Virus record (IMG/VR): IMGVR_UViG_3300042402_002641
Span: 124,001-188,000 of that record
Length of the DNA stretch: 64,000 nt
Strand: one strand, 5' to 3'
Part shown: piece after piece, positions 18,638 through 28,270 of the stretch
Position numbering within the stretch: the first letter of the stretch is position 1
Layout of the letters: each line of letters begins with the position of its first letter
Program-made: the position numbers and the translations under genes
The notes under the pieces: generated by a model
Database searches by the model: none
The model's input: only the letters and a program-made list of their open reading frames with translations
Told to the model about the DNA's origin: nothing

Positions 18638-20332
18638 TTATTCCTTGGTTAATAGTTTACCAATTTCAGGCAACCACAAATACTTCATGTCTGATCGCTT
18701 TAAGGTATCTAGTGCTTCTACGAGTTTTTCAACTAGTGGATCCCCTGCAAGATTGAAACTGGTATTGAATAAAATTGGAACTCCTTTAATTTTATCAAAT
18801 TCTGAAATCAATTCGTAGTAGTGTTTATTTTGTTCGGCAGTTACTGTTTGAACTCTGCATGTTCCGTCAACGTGTGTAATTGCTGGAATTAAATCTCTCT
18901 TGTTTTCCAACACATCAACTGCGTACATCATAAAAGGTGTCTCGTCTTTTGTTCTTAGATCGAACCATTCGCCGGCTTTTTCTGCAAGACAGGAACCAGC
19001 AAACGGCCTAAACCATTCACGTTTTTTAATAATGTTAACAATATCTTTTCCGTCTTTGACAGTTGGGTCAAATAATATGCTTCTATTTCCCAGTGCTCTA
19101 GGACCAGCTTCACTTCGTCCTTGAAATAACGTGACTATGTTACCTTCAGCAATTAATTTTGCTACATCAGCAGCACTTGTGTCCACTACGGTAAAGCCAC
19201 TGAAATCTGCATTTTCATAATCAGCTGATCTATCGGGACCTAGATATAAACTTGTTAAAGGTGTTTTGGTTGTATTTTCTGATATCAGTCTGTAAATGTA
19301 TTGACAGGCCCCCATAACATTGCCGCCGTCGTGGCTCACTGGTTCGTGATAAAATTCAATGTTTGGAAATTCTTTTAAAAGTTCGTAATTTGCTACACAA
19401 TTAAGCCAATAGCCTCCAGCCATGACAATTTTTTTCATGCCGGTAAGTTCTATGGTTTTTCTTATTAAATCAAATACTCGTTGCTCGGAAGATTTTTGTA
19501 CAGCATAGGCAAGATCTTTTCTATAATCTCCAACTAGTTCAGGATCATCGTGCCAAGATATATTTCCATTAAGTGCTGTTAGTTCGGCATCAAGATCGCA
19601 CCTTACGTGATTTCCCGCTGGAAAATTAGGCTTGATAAAACTTCTATTATTAAATCTACCATCGTGGATTTTTATGTTTGGATTAGGCTTCCCGTAAGGA
19701 GCCAGTCCCATAGTTTTACCTGCCTCAATGGCGTGGAATCCTAAAAATTGTGTAACAGCTTCATAACTTTTTACTATACCGTGCATGTCAGAGATTTCAA
19801 TATCTATACTGTCATTTTCTTTCAATGTAAAACTATCAATTAAATTAGTGCCATAATTTTTATAGTGGCACTGGAATTCTGCAGGATAATTTAGAGTCCA
19901 AATCGACTCGACCTCCCATGTTTGGTGCATGAGTTCTTCACTTAGTCTACACCCGCTGCCTGCACCATCAATGATTAGTCCTGCTGCTTCATCAAATCCG
20001 CTGTTATAAAAAGCAGTGAAAGCATGTGTGAGATGATGATCATCACCTAATTTAATTGTTTCAACCTTTACATTGGGTTGCATTTTCCTAATAAAACAGG
20101 TGTAAGCATCCTCGCCAGTCCACGGAACTTGACCAAATGCGTTTCTTGTACCGCAGATGACAAGATAATCTATATGATCTGTATAATCGTAGGCCAGTAA
20201 CATGCCTGCAAACGGGTTGCCATCATATTTGAGTCTTGATAATCTATCTTCCTCGATATAGAAAATTAATTCGGTATCTTTATACAGAGCCGTAGCACCG
20301 TTGTGTCCAACATTTATACCCAACATCCACAT
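18638..20332 (-). CDS. Carbamoyltransferase (NodU/CmcH/TobZ family)
   Basis: Kae1-like HHLTHA, GKTMGLAPYG, LNCVAN; YrdC-like GRSEAGPRALGNRS, REWFRPFA, HVDGTCRVQTV, NTSFN. Confidence 0.93.
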   Translation of the reverse strand: MWMLGINVGHNGATALYKDTELIFYIEEDRLSRLKYDGNPFAGMLLAYDYTDHIDYLVICGTRNAFGQVPWTGEDAYTCFIRKMQPNVKVETIKLGDDHHLTHAFTAFYNSGFDEAAGLIIDGAGSGCRLSEELMHQTWEVESIWTLNYPAEFQCHYKNYGTNLIDSFTLKENDSIDIEISDMHGIVKSYEAVTQFLGFHAIEAGKTMGLAPYGKPNPNIKIHDGRFNNRSFIKPNFPAGNHVRCDLDAELTALNGNISWHDDPELVGDYRKDLAYAVQKSSEQRVFDLIRKTIELTGMKKIVMAGGYWLNCVANYELLKEFPNIEFYHEPVSHDGGNVMGACQYIYRLISENTTKTPLTSLYLGPDRSADYENADFSGFTVVDTSAADVAKLIAEGNIVTLFQGRSEAGPRALGNRSILFDPTVKDGKDIVNIIKKREWFRPFAGSCLAEKAGEWFDLRTKDETPFMMYAVDVLENKRDLIPAITHVDGTCRVQTVTAEQNKHYYELISEFDKIKGVPILFNTSFNLAGDPLVEKLVEALDTLKRSDMKYLWLPEIGKLLTKE

Positions 20333-20335
20333 AAT

Positions 20336-21265
20336 TTATCCTTTGTCTAGAGTTTTTTTCATATGTTTTTTTATTCCAGCAATTATATCTTTCAATTCGT
20401 CTTTTGAAAAATTCATCAACATATCATTTAATCTGTCAGCTTCTTCTGATCCAAAACCTGCAATTCTTATCGGACTATACACCCGTTTAGCATCTTTCTT
20501 TTCCACAATATTAAAATGTTCTGGGTACGTGGTGTTTATAGGAAAAGTGGATCCGCAGATCACAGTACCTGGTTTATTAAATGAATAAGCAATATGCTGT
20601 CCGACGCTGTCACACCCGATAAAATAATCAGCTGCTTCAATAACTGCTGCCCAAACACGCAAAGGCATCTGTTCGTTTGGTTGGAAAATAGGTAAATTTA
20701 CCACTTCCAATTTATGTTCGCCCATGTAAACAATATTGTATTCTTTGCTTAATTCAGCTATTAGATCCATGAAAGTTGTTTGTTCAATACTTCTTGAACT
20801 GCCATCATATACAATACCAGAAGACATCGAACTACTCCGTCCAAACGGTTGTATTACTATCGTTTTTTCTTTTTGATGTTGTTTTCTTACTTGAGTTAGC
20901 ACGTCTACTGCTACCATTTCCTCGTGCTTACTTAACACAATCAATGGTTTTTTGTTAATCGACGTTCTTTCGCCTAGAATTTCAAACCAAAAACTCTGTT
21001 GTAGGCTGCTTTTTTGATTGTAATATTCGTGATCTCTATATGGCTCGGTCGACATACAGATATTATCCTTGATCAAAGAATCAAATAATCCTTTGTGATT
21101 AACATCCCATGCTTTATTCTGTAGTGTAGGGTGTCCAAGATAAAACTCCATTCCGCCCTCACACACTATGCCTGCGAGCTCTCCACGCTTTTCACTTTCC
21201 TCGAGCGCAGGGATACTTGCTATCACTCTTCCTGCGCCGCCGTTTATAAAAAATATTTTTTTCAT
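20336..21265 (-). CDS. Glycosyltransferase family 9-like (heptosyltransferase-like)
   Basis: IVIQPFG; AVIEAADYFIGCDSVGQHIAYSFNKPGTVICGST resembles the GT9 DSG..H.A.A...P motif. Confidence 0.7.
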   Translation of the reverse strand: MKKIFFINGGAGRVIASIPALEESEKRGELAGIVCEGGMEFYLGHPTLQNKAWDVNHKGLFDSLIKDNICMSTEPYRDHEYYNQKSSLQQSFWFEILGERTSINKKPLIVLSKHEEMVAVDVLTQVRKQHQKEKTIVIQPFGRSSSMSSGIVYDGSSRSIEQTTFMDLIAELSKEYNIVYMGEHKLEVVNLPIFQPNEQMPLRVWAAVIEAADYFIGCDSVGQHIAYSFNKPGTVICGSTFPINTTYPEHFNIVEKKDAKRVYSPIRIAGFGSEEADRLNDMLMNFSKDELKDIIAGIKKHMKKTLDKG

Positions 21266-21302
21266 GTCATCCCTTATCGTGCCAAGTATTTATATGCTAG
21301 TA

Positions 21303-22079
21303 TTATACCATTAATTTTTTTTCATTGATATATTGTATTAAAATATCGGCATACTCTCTGTGCACCTGGTGATGAAAATGGTTTTTTTGTCGGATTAGAT
21401 GTGGATATTTTTTAGTTCCCCACGAATAGAAACTTTCTCCCCAATCAAAACATACCGTTGGATCAATACTAAAATCAATCGATTGGTTAGTTGTCAGACA
21501 GCAATTAACAAATAGATGTTTGAATCCTTTCATTTTAAGATAATTGTGAAGAGCAATTACCAAGGCTGAGAGTTGTTGTATCTGCAGTTGATCATCCCAA
21601 AAATACATAGCACAAAATTCTGTTATCTGATCAGATAGGTTAATGTGTTTAGTATAGTTATTTTTACTCACTACTATATCGTGAGATTGATTTGGATTAA
21701 TAAAGAAGGTTCCAAAATCATGATACTCCTGATCATGTTGATGTACCGAAATTGTGTTTTGCTGCTTTAATAAATGTTGAAACAGAGGTTGTGCAACTAT
21801 TTCTTTTCTGAATAATGATGTCCATCCGACTAACACAAATATGTCTTCTGCTCTAGACGTTTTTAAAAATTCTTCTAGATCAAAAATAGTCCTACGGAAA
21901 ATAAATTCATTTGTAGCTGCATTGTAAGCATTGTTGGTATAGTCAAGATCAAACGCTGTCGCGATATGATTTGCAAATGAATATTTTTTATTGTCAGGAT
22001 GCCTGCTGTCGTCTTCAATGGCTTCCATTCCAAACACAAATGAATCACCGTTGGCATACAATCTTTTTGGTTGTGTCAT
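21303..22079 (-). CDS. SGNH/GDSL-like hypothetical protein
   Basis: LYANGDSFVFG block-I-like motif, N.A..AATN block, C-terminal NHF. Confidence 0.55.
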   Translation of the reverse strand: MTQPKRLYANGDSFVFGMEAIEDDSRHPDNKKYSFANHIATAFDLDYTNNAYNAATNEFIFRRTIFDLEEFLKTSRAEDIFVLVGWTSLFRKEIVAQPLFQHLLKQQNTISVHQHDQEYHDFGTFFINPNQSHDIVVSKNNYTKHINLSDQITEFCAMYFWDDQLQIQQLSALVIALHNYLKMKGFKHLFVNCCLTTNQSIDFSIDPTVCFDWGESFYSWGTKKYPHLIRQKNHFHHQVHREYADILIQYINEKKLMV

Positions 22080-22654
22080 GAAAAATCTATGTTAAGAACC
22101 GCTCTCACACTTGATTTTGTAGGCGGCTGCCCTGAGTGATATTGGTCGCCTGAAAATAAAACATAGCGTCCTTGTTTTGGTTCAATAGATTGAACTATAT
22201 TCCATTTTGTAGATTGTTTTTCAAATAGAAAGGTATTACCGTCGCTGTCGAAAGGGTAATATATCAAAACATTGTGCATGATATCTAAATCCACATGCGG
22301 TGTTAAATAATTTGTCTCGGGATAACTGTCTGTTTTTTCTTGTAGATTCAATTTCATTCTATGAATATTTTTGCAGGTGAACTTTGTTATCATCAGAAAC
22401 TTTCGTAAAACATGCGATAGTTCGTAAGAAAATCGATTACAAACTTCATTGTTTTCTATTATCATGGCAGACAATTGTGGATATTCTTGACAATTTTTAT
22501 CTTGGTTGTCTTCTTGTAATTCCGGTCCTACAGAATAATCACACGACAGGTATTTTAATTTTTTTGAATTAATTATATCTTGAATCGCTATTTGTTCTTC
22601 AACAGTAAGTATGTCGTCATAAATGTTACAATAATCAGTTTTTTGTACTTTCAT
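22076..22654 (-). CDS. 2OG-Fe(II) oxygenase
   Basis: PHVD...VLIYY...GNTFLF...EPKQGR.VLF.G..YHSG...VRAVLN. Confidence 0.8.
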   Translation of the reverse strand: MKVQKTDYCNIYDDILTVEEQIAIQDIINSKKLKYLSCDYSVGPELQEDNQDKNCQEYPQLSAMIIENNEVCNRFSYELSHVLRKFLMITKFTCKNIHRMKLNLQEKTDSYPETNYLTPHVDLDIMHNVLIYYPFDSDGNTFLFEKQSTKWNIVQSIEPKQGRYVLFSGDQYHSGQPPTKSSVRAVLNIDFS

Positions 22655-23652
22655 AATGGTATTTCCGATATCAACTTAAAAGATCTATATCTATCATCAA
22701 AATTGTGAGTCCATGTATTAATTACTATTTCATCAATCTCAAATTTATTAGTCAACTGCTTTATTTTATCACCTACTGTTTCTTTGGTACCTATAATTGC
22801 TTTAGATTTCCATAGATTGATTTGCTTCAATTCATCCTGTGTATAAATGTTTTCGGTCAAAATGCTAGGATCTTGTAATGGTTTTCTTTCTCCTTTTAAA
22901 AATCCTATACGCCAATGATATCGAGACCGTGCAATAAATTCTGCTCTTTCTTCAGTTTCTGCTGCCAGTGCCCATACACAAATATTTGCACATGGTTGTT
23001 GATATCTTTCGCTGGGTACAAAGTTTTCTCTATAGACATCTAGTGCTTGTGCTAGATGTTCCCCGTCATTAAAAAAGTGTGCGTATGAATATGGTAATCC
23101 GCGTTCAGCTGCAATTCTCGCACCGTCTATTCCGAACCCCATGATCCATATGTCTGGACTTGTATGCCCCATAGGATTGGCCGAAACAAGCCCATGGCCG
23201 TGAATGCTTTCTTTGGGCAAATCTCTACCTTCGGTCCAATGTAATAGTTCATCTATTTTTTCTTCATAATTTTCATTAGGCATTAAATTAGGATTCAGTG
23301 CTCTCGATGCTAATCCGTCCGCACCTAACCCTCGTCCTATTCCAAGATCAACTCTGCCCGGAGCAATAGATTCAATAACTGAAAATTGTTCGGCTACCTT
23401 ATAAGGACTATAATACTGTAATAACACAGCAGCACTGCCAACCTTGATTTTTTTTGTTACAGAAGCGATTGCAGCTACTAATATTTCAGGAGCAGTGCCT
23501 GCTACTGAATTGCTGTTATGGTGCTCTGATACCCAATATCGATGATATCCCCATTGTTCAGATTTTTGAGCGAGCTCTATTGTTTCGTTTATTGCCGCAC
23601 TCTGCGGCATAATATCGTTTACTGTAGATTGATCGAGAATAGAAATTTTCAT
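22651..23652 (-). CDS. Luciferase-like (LLM) flavin-dependent monooxygenase, YhbW/MsnO8-like
   Basis: GYHRYWVSEHH, IKVGSAAVLL..YSPYKVAEQF...PGRVDLGIGRG, LPYSYAHFFN, DEIVI. Confidence 0.92.
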   Translation of the reverse strand: MKISILDQSTVNDIMPQSAAINETIELAQKSEQWGYHRYWVSEHHNSNSVAGTAPEILVAAIASVTKKIKVGSAAVLLQYYSPYKVAEQFSVIESIAPGRVDLGIGRGLGADGLASRALNPNLMPNENYEEKIDELLHWTEGRDLPKESIHGHGLVSANPMGHTSPDIWIMGFGIDGARIAAERGLPYSYAHFFNDGEHLAQALDVYRENFVPSERYQQPCANICVWALAAETEERAEFIARSRYHWRIGFLKGERKPLQDPSILTENIYTQDELKQINLWKSKAIIGTKETVGDKIKQLTNKFEIDEIVINTWTHNFDDRYRSFKLISEIPL

Positions 23653-23656
23653 AATA

Positions 23657-25252
23657 TCAGTTTTTTTCAGCGTAGATGTTATCTCTTAAAAATTCATAAC
23701 TGGTAGGCAATGTTTTTATAAAATTCTCTGTATACAGTTTATGCTTTTCGTAATTCATTTTTGCATCTTCTAAAATTTTTAAATTTGTTCTATGAAACTT
23801 ATAATATGCCTGCACCATTTCTGGTGTAGACATAGATTTAATACCCATGCCTGCTGTAATAAATGTAGCACCCTGCATATCACTCGGATACGTGTTGCTT
23901 AAATTTAAATTTGCCAATAAGGTTCCATACCCTCCATGCCGCAATACATATTCATCAAATAATTTAGGTTGATATTCGTTGATTTGTGTGCACCATTTCC
24001 AATAAGGTGTGTCTGTTCGTCTTGATAGGCCGTAGTGCATTGATACAAAATCTCTAAAACCTAGCAAAATTATTTCAACCGCATAATTAAATCCATTTAT
24101 CTCTGTATTTGTAACGTATCCGCATCTACGATTCAATACATCAACTAATCTAATTAAGTTTTCATGTGTAGTTAACAATCCCGTAGATTCTAACGGTTCA
24201 ATAAATCCATATGAAAGTCCGATGCCTACTACATTTTTTACCCATGCTTTTTTCTTATATCCGTGTTTAATGTCCACACTACGCATAACAGATTCGTCGA
24301 CTCGATCCTGTCCAAATTTTTTCACTAGATGATTTTTAAACTCTAATTTTGCTTCTTCTTTTGAAACAAATTTGCTAGAGTAAACATAACCGGTGCCTAT
24401 CCTAGACCATAATGGCGTATTCCAAACCCACCCATTGTTCAACGCAGTGCAATCAGTCACGTTGGTGATTTCACTGGACTTATCAGAATATTCTATCGGG
24501 CATGCCCATGCAGAATCGTTGGCCAACTGATCACTGAACGATATAAAATCTTCACCCATCCATTGCTCTAGCAACAGAGATTTAAACCCGGTGCAGTCAA
24601 TCCATAGATCTGATTTGAGAATTTGACCGTCTACACATTTAATTTGTTCAATATTTCCCTCGGCATCTTTAATACAGCTTTCTATTTCATTGTGTATCAG
24701 TTCTACTCCATGCTTGAGAGCAATATTATTTTTCAACCATTGCCCGAACGCTGTAGCGTCCATATGATAGGCAGTATCATAATTAAAATCAAAATGTCTC
24801 AGGCGTGATTGTTTATTTTTAGTTTGCCTATTGTGTTTTGCCAATAATGTGTTACTGGTATTATAAAATTCTGCGAACGAATCGGGCGGAAACGATTCAG
24901 GATATAAACATGATAATTCTGACCATGAGTTTAATCCATTGTGTTTGTCTTCAAGATCAAATCCTCCAAACGGATATTCAAAATAAGTGCCGTCGTTGTC
25001 TCTAAAATTTGTAAAGCGTATACTATTTTTATATGTAGCCTGACAGTCCTTCATCCACATTTCATCAGTTACACCTAACATGTTAAACCATCGATTAATT
25101 TGTCCAAGAGTTGATTCGCCTACTCCGATAGTTGCATAATTTTTGGATTCAACAATAGTAATTTTCAAATGTCTGCAGAGTTTGGCCAGTGTGGCTGCTG
25201 CCATCCAACCGGAGCTACCCCCGCCTACAATCGTTACATGTTTGATTTCCAT
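23657..25252 (-). CDS. Flavin-dependent halogenase (tryptophan halogenase PrnA/RebH family)
   Basis: IVGGGSSGW, TIGVGEST, ATYK (catalytic Lys), AYH.DA, GWVWNTPL, FIEPLESTG; start at 25252 after AAGGA. Confidence 0.9.
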   Translation of the reverse strand: MEIKHVTIVGGGSSGWMAAATLAKLCRHLKITIVESKNYATIGVGESTLGQINRWFNMLGVTDEMWMKDCQATYKNSIRFTNFRDNDGTYFEYPFGGFDLEDKHNGLNSWSELSCLYPESFPPDSFAEFYNTSNTLLAKHNRQTKNKQSRLRHFDFNYDTAYHMDATAFGQWLKNNIALKHGVELIHNEIESCIKDAEGNIEQIKCVDGQILKSDLWIDCTGFKSLLLEQWMGEDFISFSDQLANDSAWACPIEYSDKSSEITNVTDCTALNNGWVWNTPLWSRIGTGYVYSSKFVSKEEAKLEFKNHLVKKFGQDRVDESVMRSVDIKHGYKKKAWVKNVVGIGLSYGFIEPLESTGLLTTHENLIRLVDVLNRRCGYVTNTEINGFNYAVEIILLGFRDFVSMHYGLSRRTDTPYWKWCTQINEYQPKLFDEYVLRHGGYGTLLANLNLSNTYPSDMQGATFITAGMGIKSMSTPEMVQAYYKFHRTNLKILEDAKMNYEKHKLYTENFIKTLPTSYEFLRDNIYAEKN

Positions 25253-25262
25253 TTGTGTGTCC

Positions 25263-25826
25263 TTATATATTAAACGAAAATGCCTTGCGTGGCTCATCGT
25301 TTGATTTTTGAAATACTTCGTGCTCTACCCAGTTGTCCCACATTAGCAATAACCCTGTTCTAGGAGGAATAATAACTTGGCTCTGTAATTGGTTAGTGTC
25401 AAATTTTGTGAAGGGCCTTGGATCGTGTATGACCAAAGGCGGAACGTCCTGCCCTGCATCTAAATAAAATGTTCCGCTAAACGTACATTCTTGATGTGCA
25501 TGTTTTCTTAAAAATGCATGCTTGTGCATTGAACTAAAAAATCCATAGGGTTTAAACATTGACTTTTCATACTCAACACCCTTGGTTTCTATTAGAGGCT
25601 TTGCATAATTTTCTAACAGATAGTCAAAAAACTCTAATACTTCTAATTCCGAATTCACTAATACATTAAACTTTTCGTTGGCCAAGGTCGATGGATAGTT
25701 TTCTGTACCTAGTAATCCGCTGTCTGTTAAGCTGGTATACTTGTTACAAAGAGGCAACAACTTTTCTGCAAACTCTACGTTAACATCTGATAATACTCGT
25801 GTAGGAAAAAAATTGTTTATCTTCAT
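25263..25826 (-). CDS. 2OG-Fe(II) oxygenase (TIGR02466-like)
   Basis: KHAH...FSGTFYL...DPRP...GLLLMWDNWVEHEV...RKAFSFN; ATGA overlap gives the start at 25826. Confidence 0.85.
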   Translation of the reverse strand: MKINNFFPTRVLSDVNVEFAEKLLPLCNKYTSLTDSGLLGTENYPSTLANEKFNVLVNSELEVLEFFDYLLENYAKPLIETKGVEYEKSMFKPYGFFSSMHKHAFLRKHAHQECTFSGTFYLDAGQDVPPLVIHDPRPFTKFDTNQLQSQVIIPPRTGLLLMWDNWVEHEVFQKSNDEPRKAFSFNI

Positions 25827-26416
25827 ACTATTACTGGCAAACATCCTATATTAACTCCTGGCGCTATATTCGTCTCTAAATCTAGTCCAAGAGTAACTCG
25901 TTTTTCAGAATAGTCTTTTAGATTTTTTACATAGTGTTTTCTTCTTCCTGGTCCTAGATAAATCTGCCCTACTTTGTTGACTATTTTGTATCTTACTATA
26001 TCGTATTCATCAACAAAAACTGTTTCGGTGAATCTGGGTTCTATAGCAACATATCCGTGTGCCATGACTTCGTGATCGTGCAATTTTAGAACTTCTGTAT
26101 GATCATGATAATTTAACCAATTTCGCATCCACAGATTAAATGTAGGGACATTATATTTTTTACAATATAACGATATACATTCATTTAGATCTTTGTAAAT
26201 TTGAAAATATGCAGGACTACCCGATGCATAAACAAATGCATTATATTTTTTGTATAGCCATGTAACATTGGGTGTCTCAGATTCTAGTCTATGTTGCAGT
26301 GTTTTTGCTATTATGTCTGTTTGATATAAAATTGAATCTATGTTATCTTCTATATACTTTGATTTAAAAAGCATATATGTAAAATCTTCATTGTTTTCCA
26401 AAAGTTCAATAGCCAT
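25823..26416 (-). CDS. Probable 2OG-Fe(II) oxygenase-like protein
   Basis: NWLN...LHDH...HGYV...G.IYL.PG..KHYV...KRVTLGLD. Confidence 0.65.
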   Translation of the reverse strand: MAIELLENNEDFTYMLFKSKYIEDNIDSILYQTDIIAKTLQHRLESETPNVTWLYKKYNAFVYASGSPAYFQIYKDLNECISLYCKKYNVPTFNLWMRNWLNYHDHTEVLKLHDHEVMAHGYVAIEPRFTETVFVDEYDIVRYKIVNKVGQIYLGPGRRKHYVKNLKDYSEKRVTLGLDLETNIAPGVNIGCLPVIV

Positions 26417-27122
26417 TTTTCAATGTATTCATGTATTGTGTCGCATATACCATCGCAGTGTGTTTTCCATAATGATGCCCGTCTCTTGCTTTATCAACAA
26501 CATCTATGTTTGGAAAAAATAAAATACGATCTTCATCTAACTTATCGTATATGATATAGTTATTATCTATTTTGTTAAATTCGGGAATAAATGAATGTAC
26601 GATTCTAGTATTTGCTTTATTAGACTCAACTGCCATGATATTCTTAAAAAAATTTCCAATGTCGTCAGAATCGTGTGGATCATGATGCATTAATCTTTGT
26701 TCGTCTGACAACAGTTGGTTGTTATTTTCACGACGATGCAAATAACTCCATTGTATAAAAATAGTCTTTGGTGCTGCGTTTTTTAAAATATAGCAGACCT
26801 TTCTGGAAATCCAATCATTGCTGGCTCCGTTTAAACTAATATTAATAATATTGTCTTTGGTTAATGTTGATAATTGTTGATGCCAGGTATGTTCAAATGG
26901 TTGTCCTAGTCCTACTGTAAAACTATCACCTACACACCAAATAGCATTATTGATATCGTTGGGCCATTCATTATCTCGAAAACCTCGGCTGTTAAAAAAA
27001 TAATATATTCTGTAAGGATAATTGGCAAAATATTCTTTATCTAGACATTGTTCATAGCTGTCTATTCCTAATTCTATTAGGCATTGATTAGCTGAAGTTG
27101 TCAAGAGCAGATCATTCAACAT
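26406..27122 (-). CDS. SGNH/GDSL-like hypothetical protein
   Basis: WCVGDSFTVGLG, NISLNGASN, C-terminal D..H (RDGHH). Confidence 0.6.
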   Translation of the reverse strand: MLNDLLLTTSANQCLIELGIDSYEQCLDKEYFANYPYRIYYFFNSRGFRDNEWPNDINNAIWCVGDSFTVGLGQPFEHTWHQQLSTLTKDNIINISLNGASNDWISRKVCYILKNAAPKTIFIQWSYLHRRENNNQLLSDEQRLMHHDPHDSDDIGNFFKNIMAVESNKANTRIVHSFIPEFNKIDNNYIIYDKLDEDRILFFPNIDVVDKARDGHHYGKHTAMVYATQYMNTLKNGY

Positions 27123-27124
27123 TG

Positions 27125-28270
27125 CTAATTGCTCGATGTGAAGTTGCTGTACCAGTCTTTGACTTCGCTAAATGCTTCTTGTGCAAGATTCTGCATATCT
27201 ACACACTGGTCTTCTTTTTGATTTTTCTTACACCACTTGTTAAATACTTCAACACATTCCGAAAAGTTTTTAATCAACAGTGCCTTTTCTGCTAGGGTCT
27301 GTAATTTAATAGGCATCTTAGAAGTAATAATTCTATCTGTTTCTAGACTATCGATCTTATAGTAAACGTCGGAATATTTTTCAATATTATTTCTAAGAAA
27401 GTTCTGATTTTCTAAACTTAACGAACTTCTTGTTAGCAATGCCGGCAGTGGTGTGTGATTGTTCAGTAGTTCGTCTTGTGTCGGTGACGGCAATGCTGCT
27501 AATTGGTTTTCTGAGTTTGCCAACAAAGGAACTTTATTCGAAAGTCCGCTCATATCACTGATCAGATAGTGGCAACTATTCCATTCTTTCCACGAAATTC
27601 CAAATACATCTTTCCATGATTTAGCAGTTTCTCCTGGTGGAAAAATGTTTAGTCTAGAAACAAACTGATCAATGTTTGGCATGTCTTTTTCATAATTGAA
27701 ATAGCTACTAACATTAAAATGGTCTGACACCCATTTCAAGTATTCAACATATCTATCAAGATAGTTTGTCATGGCTTCGGGGTCAACATGTATTCCACGT
27801 TTATATACATCGCTGAATACGTGTATTTTTTCTTCGTGTGTAAACACATTAAGATGCTTTGATTCGTTTACAATGCACCAACTAATGCCGTGTTCAAATA
27901 AATTTTTACGTCTAGCACTTATAATATAAAAATTTTCATTTAGATATTTGTAAAAACTTAATTTGTCAGTTAAATTGTCTTCTCTGTTGTTCAAATGATA
28001 CAGAGCTAATCTACTGGTTTTATAATGATCTGCATTTTTTAGATTATCTACAATCTCTGATAACGGCTGCCAATATCCCCATTGAGATTTTTCTGGCTTT
28101 CCCAGGACCTGCATTTGCAATTTTTCATTGTAGTAACTGATTATGCCATTTGTCAGTTCATGCAGATTGATAACAGGTTTACCATAATCGTAGGCCTGCA
28201 TGATAATTGTTAAATATCTTTGAAGAAAAGTAGATCCTACTCGATCTGGTGTTAAAATAAGTATGTTCAT
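27125..28270 (-). CDS. Sulfotransferase-like protein (P-loop PAPS-binding type)
   Basis: ILILTPDRVGSTFL resembles the 5'-PSB loop; RRKNLFEHGISW resembles the 3'-PB motif of Stf0-like enzymes. Confidence 0.55.
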   Translation of the reverse strand: MNILILTPDRVGSTFLQRYLTIIMQAYDYGKPVINLHELTNGIISYYNEKLQMQVLGKPEKSQWGYWQPLSEIVDNLKNADHYKTSRLALYHLNNREDNLTDKLSFYKYLNENFYIISARRKNLFEHGISWCIVNESKHLNVFTHEEKIHVFSDVYKRGIHVDPEAMTNYLDRYVEYLKWVSDHFNVSSYFNYEKDMPNIDQFVSRLNIFPPGETAKSWKDVFGISWKEWNSCHYLISDMSGLSNKVPLLANSENQLAALPSPTQDELLNNHTPLPALLTRSSLSLENQNFLRNNIEKYSDVYYKIDSLETDRIITSKMPIKLQTLAEKALLIKNFSECVEVFNKWCKKNQKEDQCVDMQNLAQEAFSEVKDWYSNFTSSN

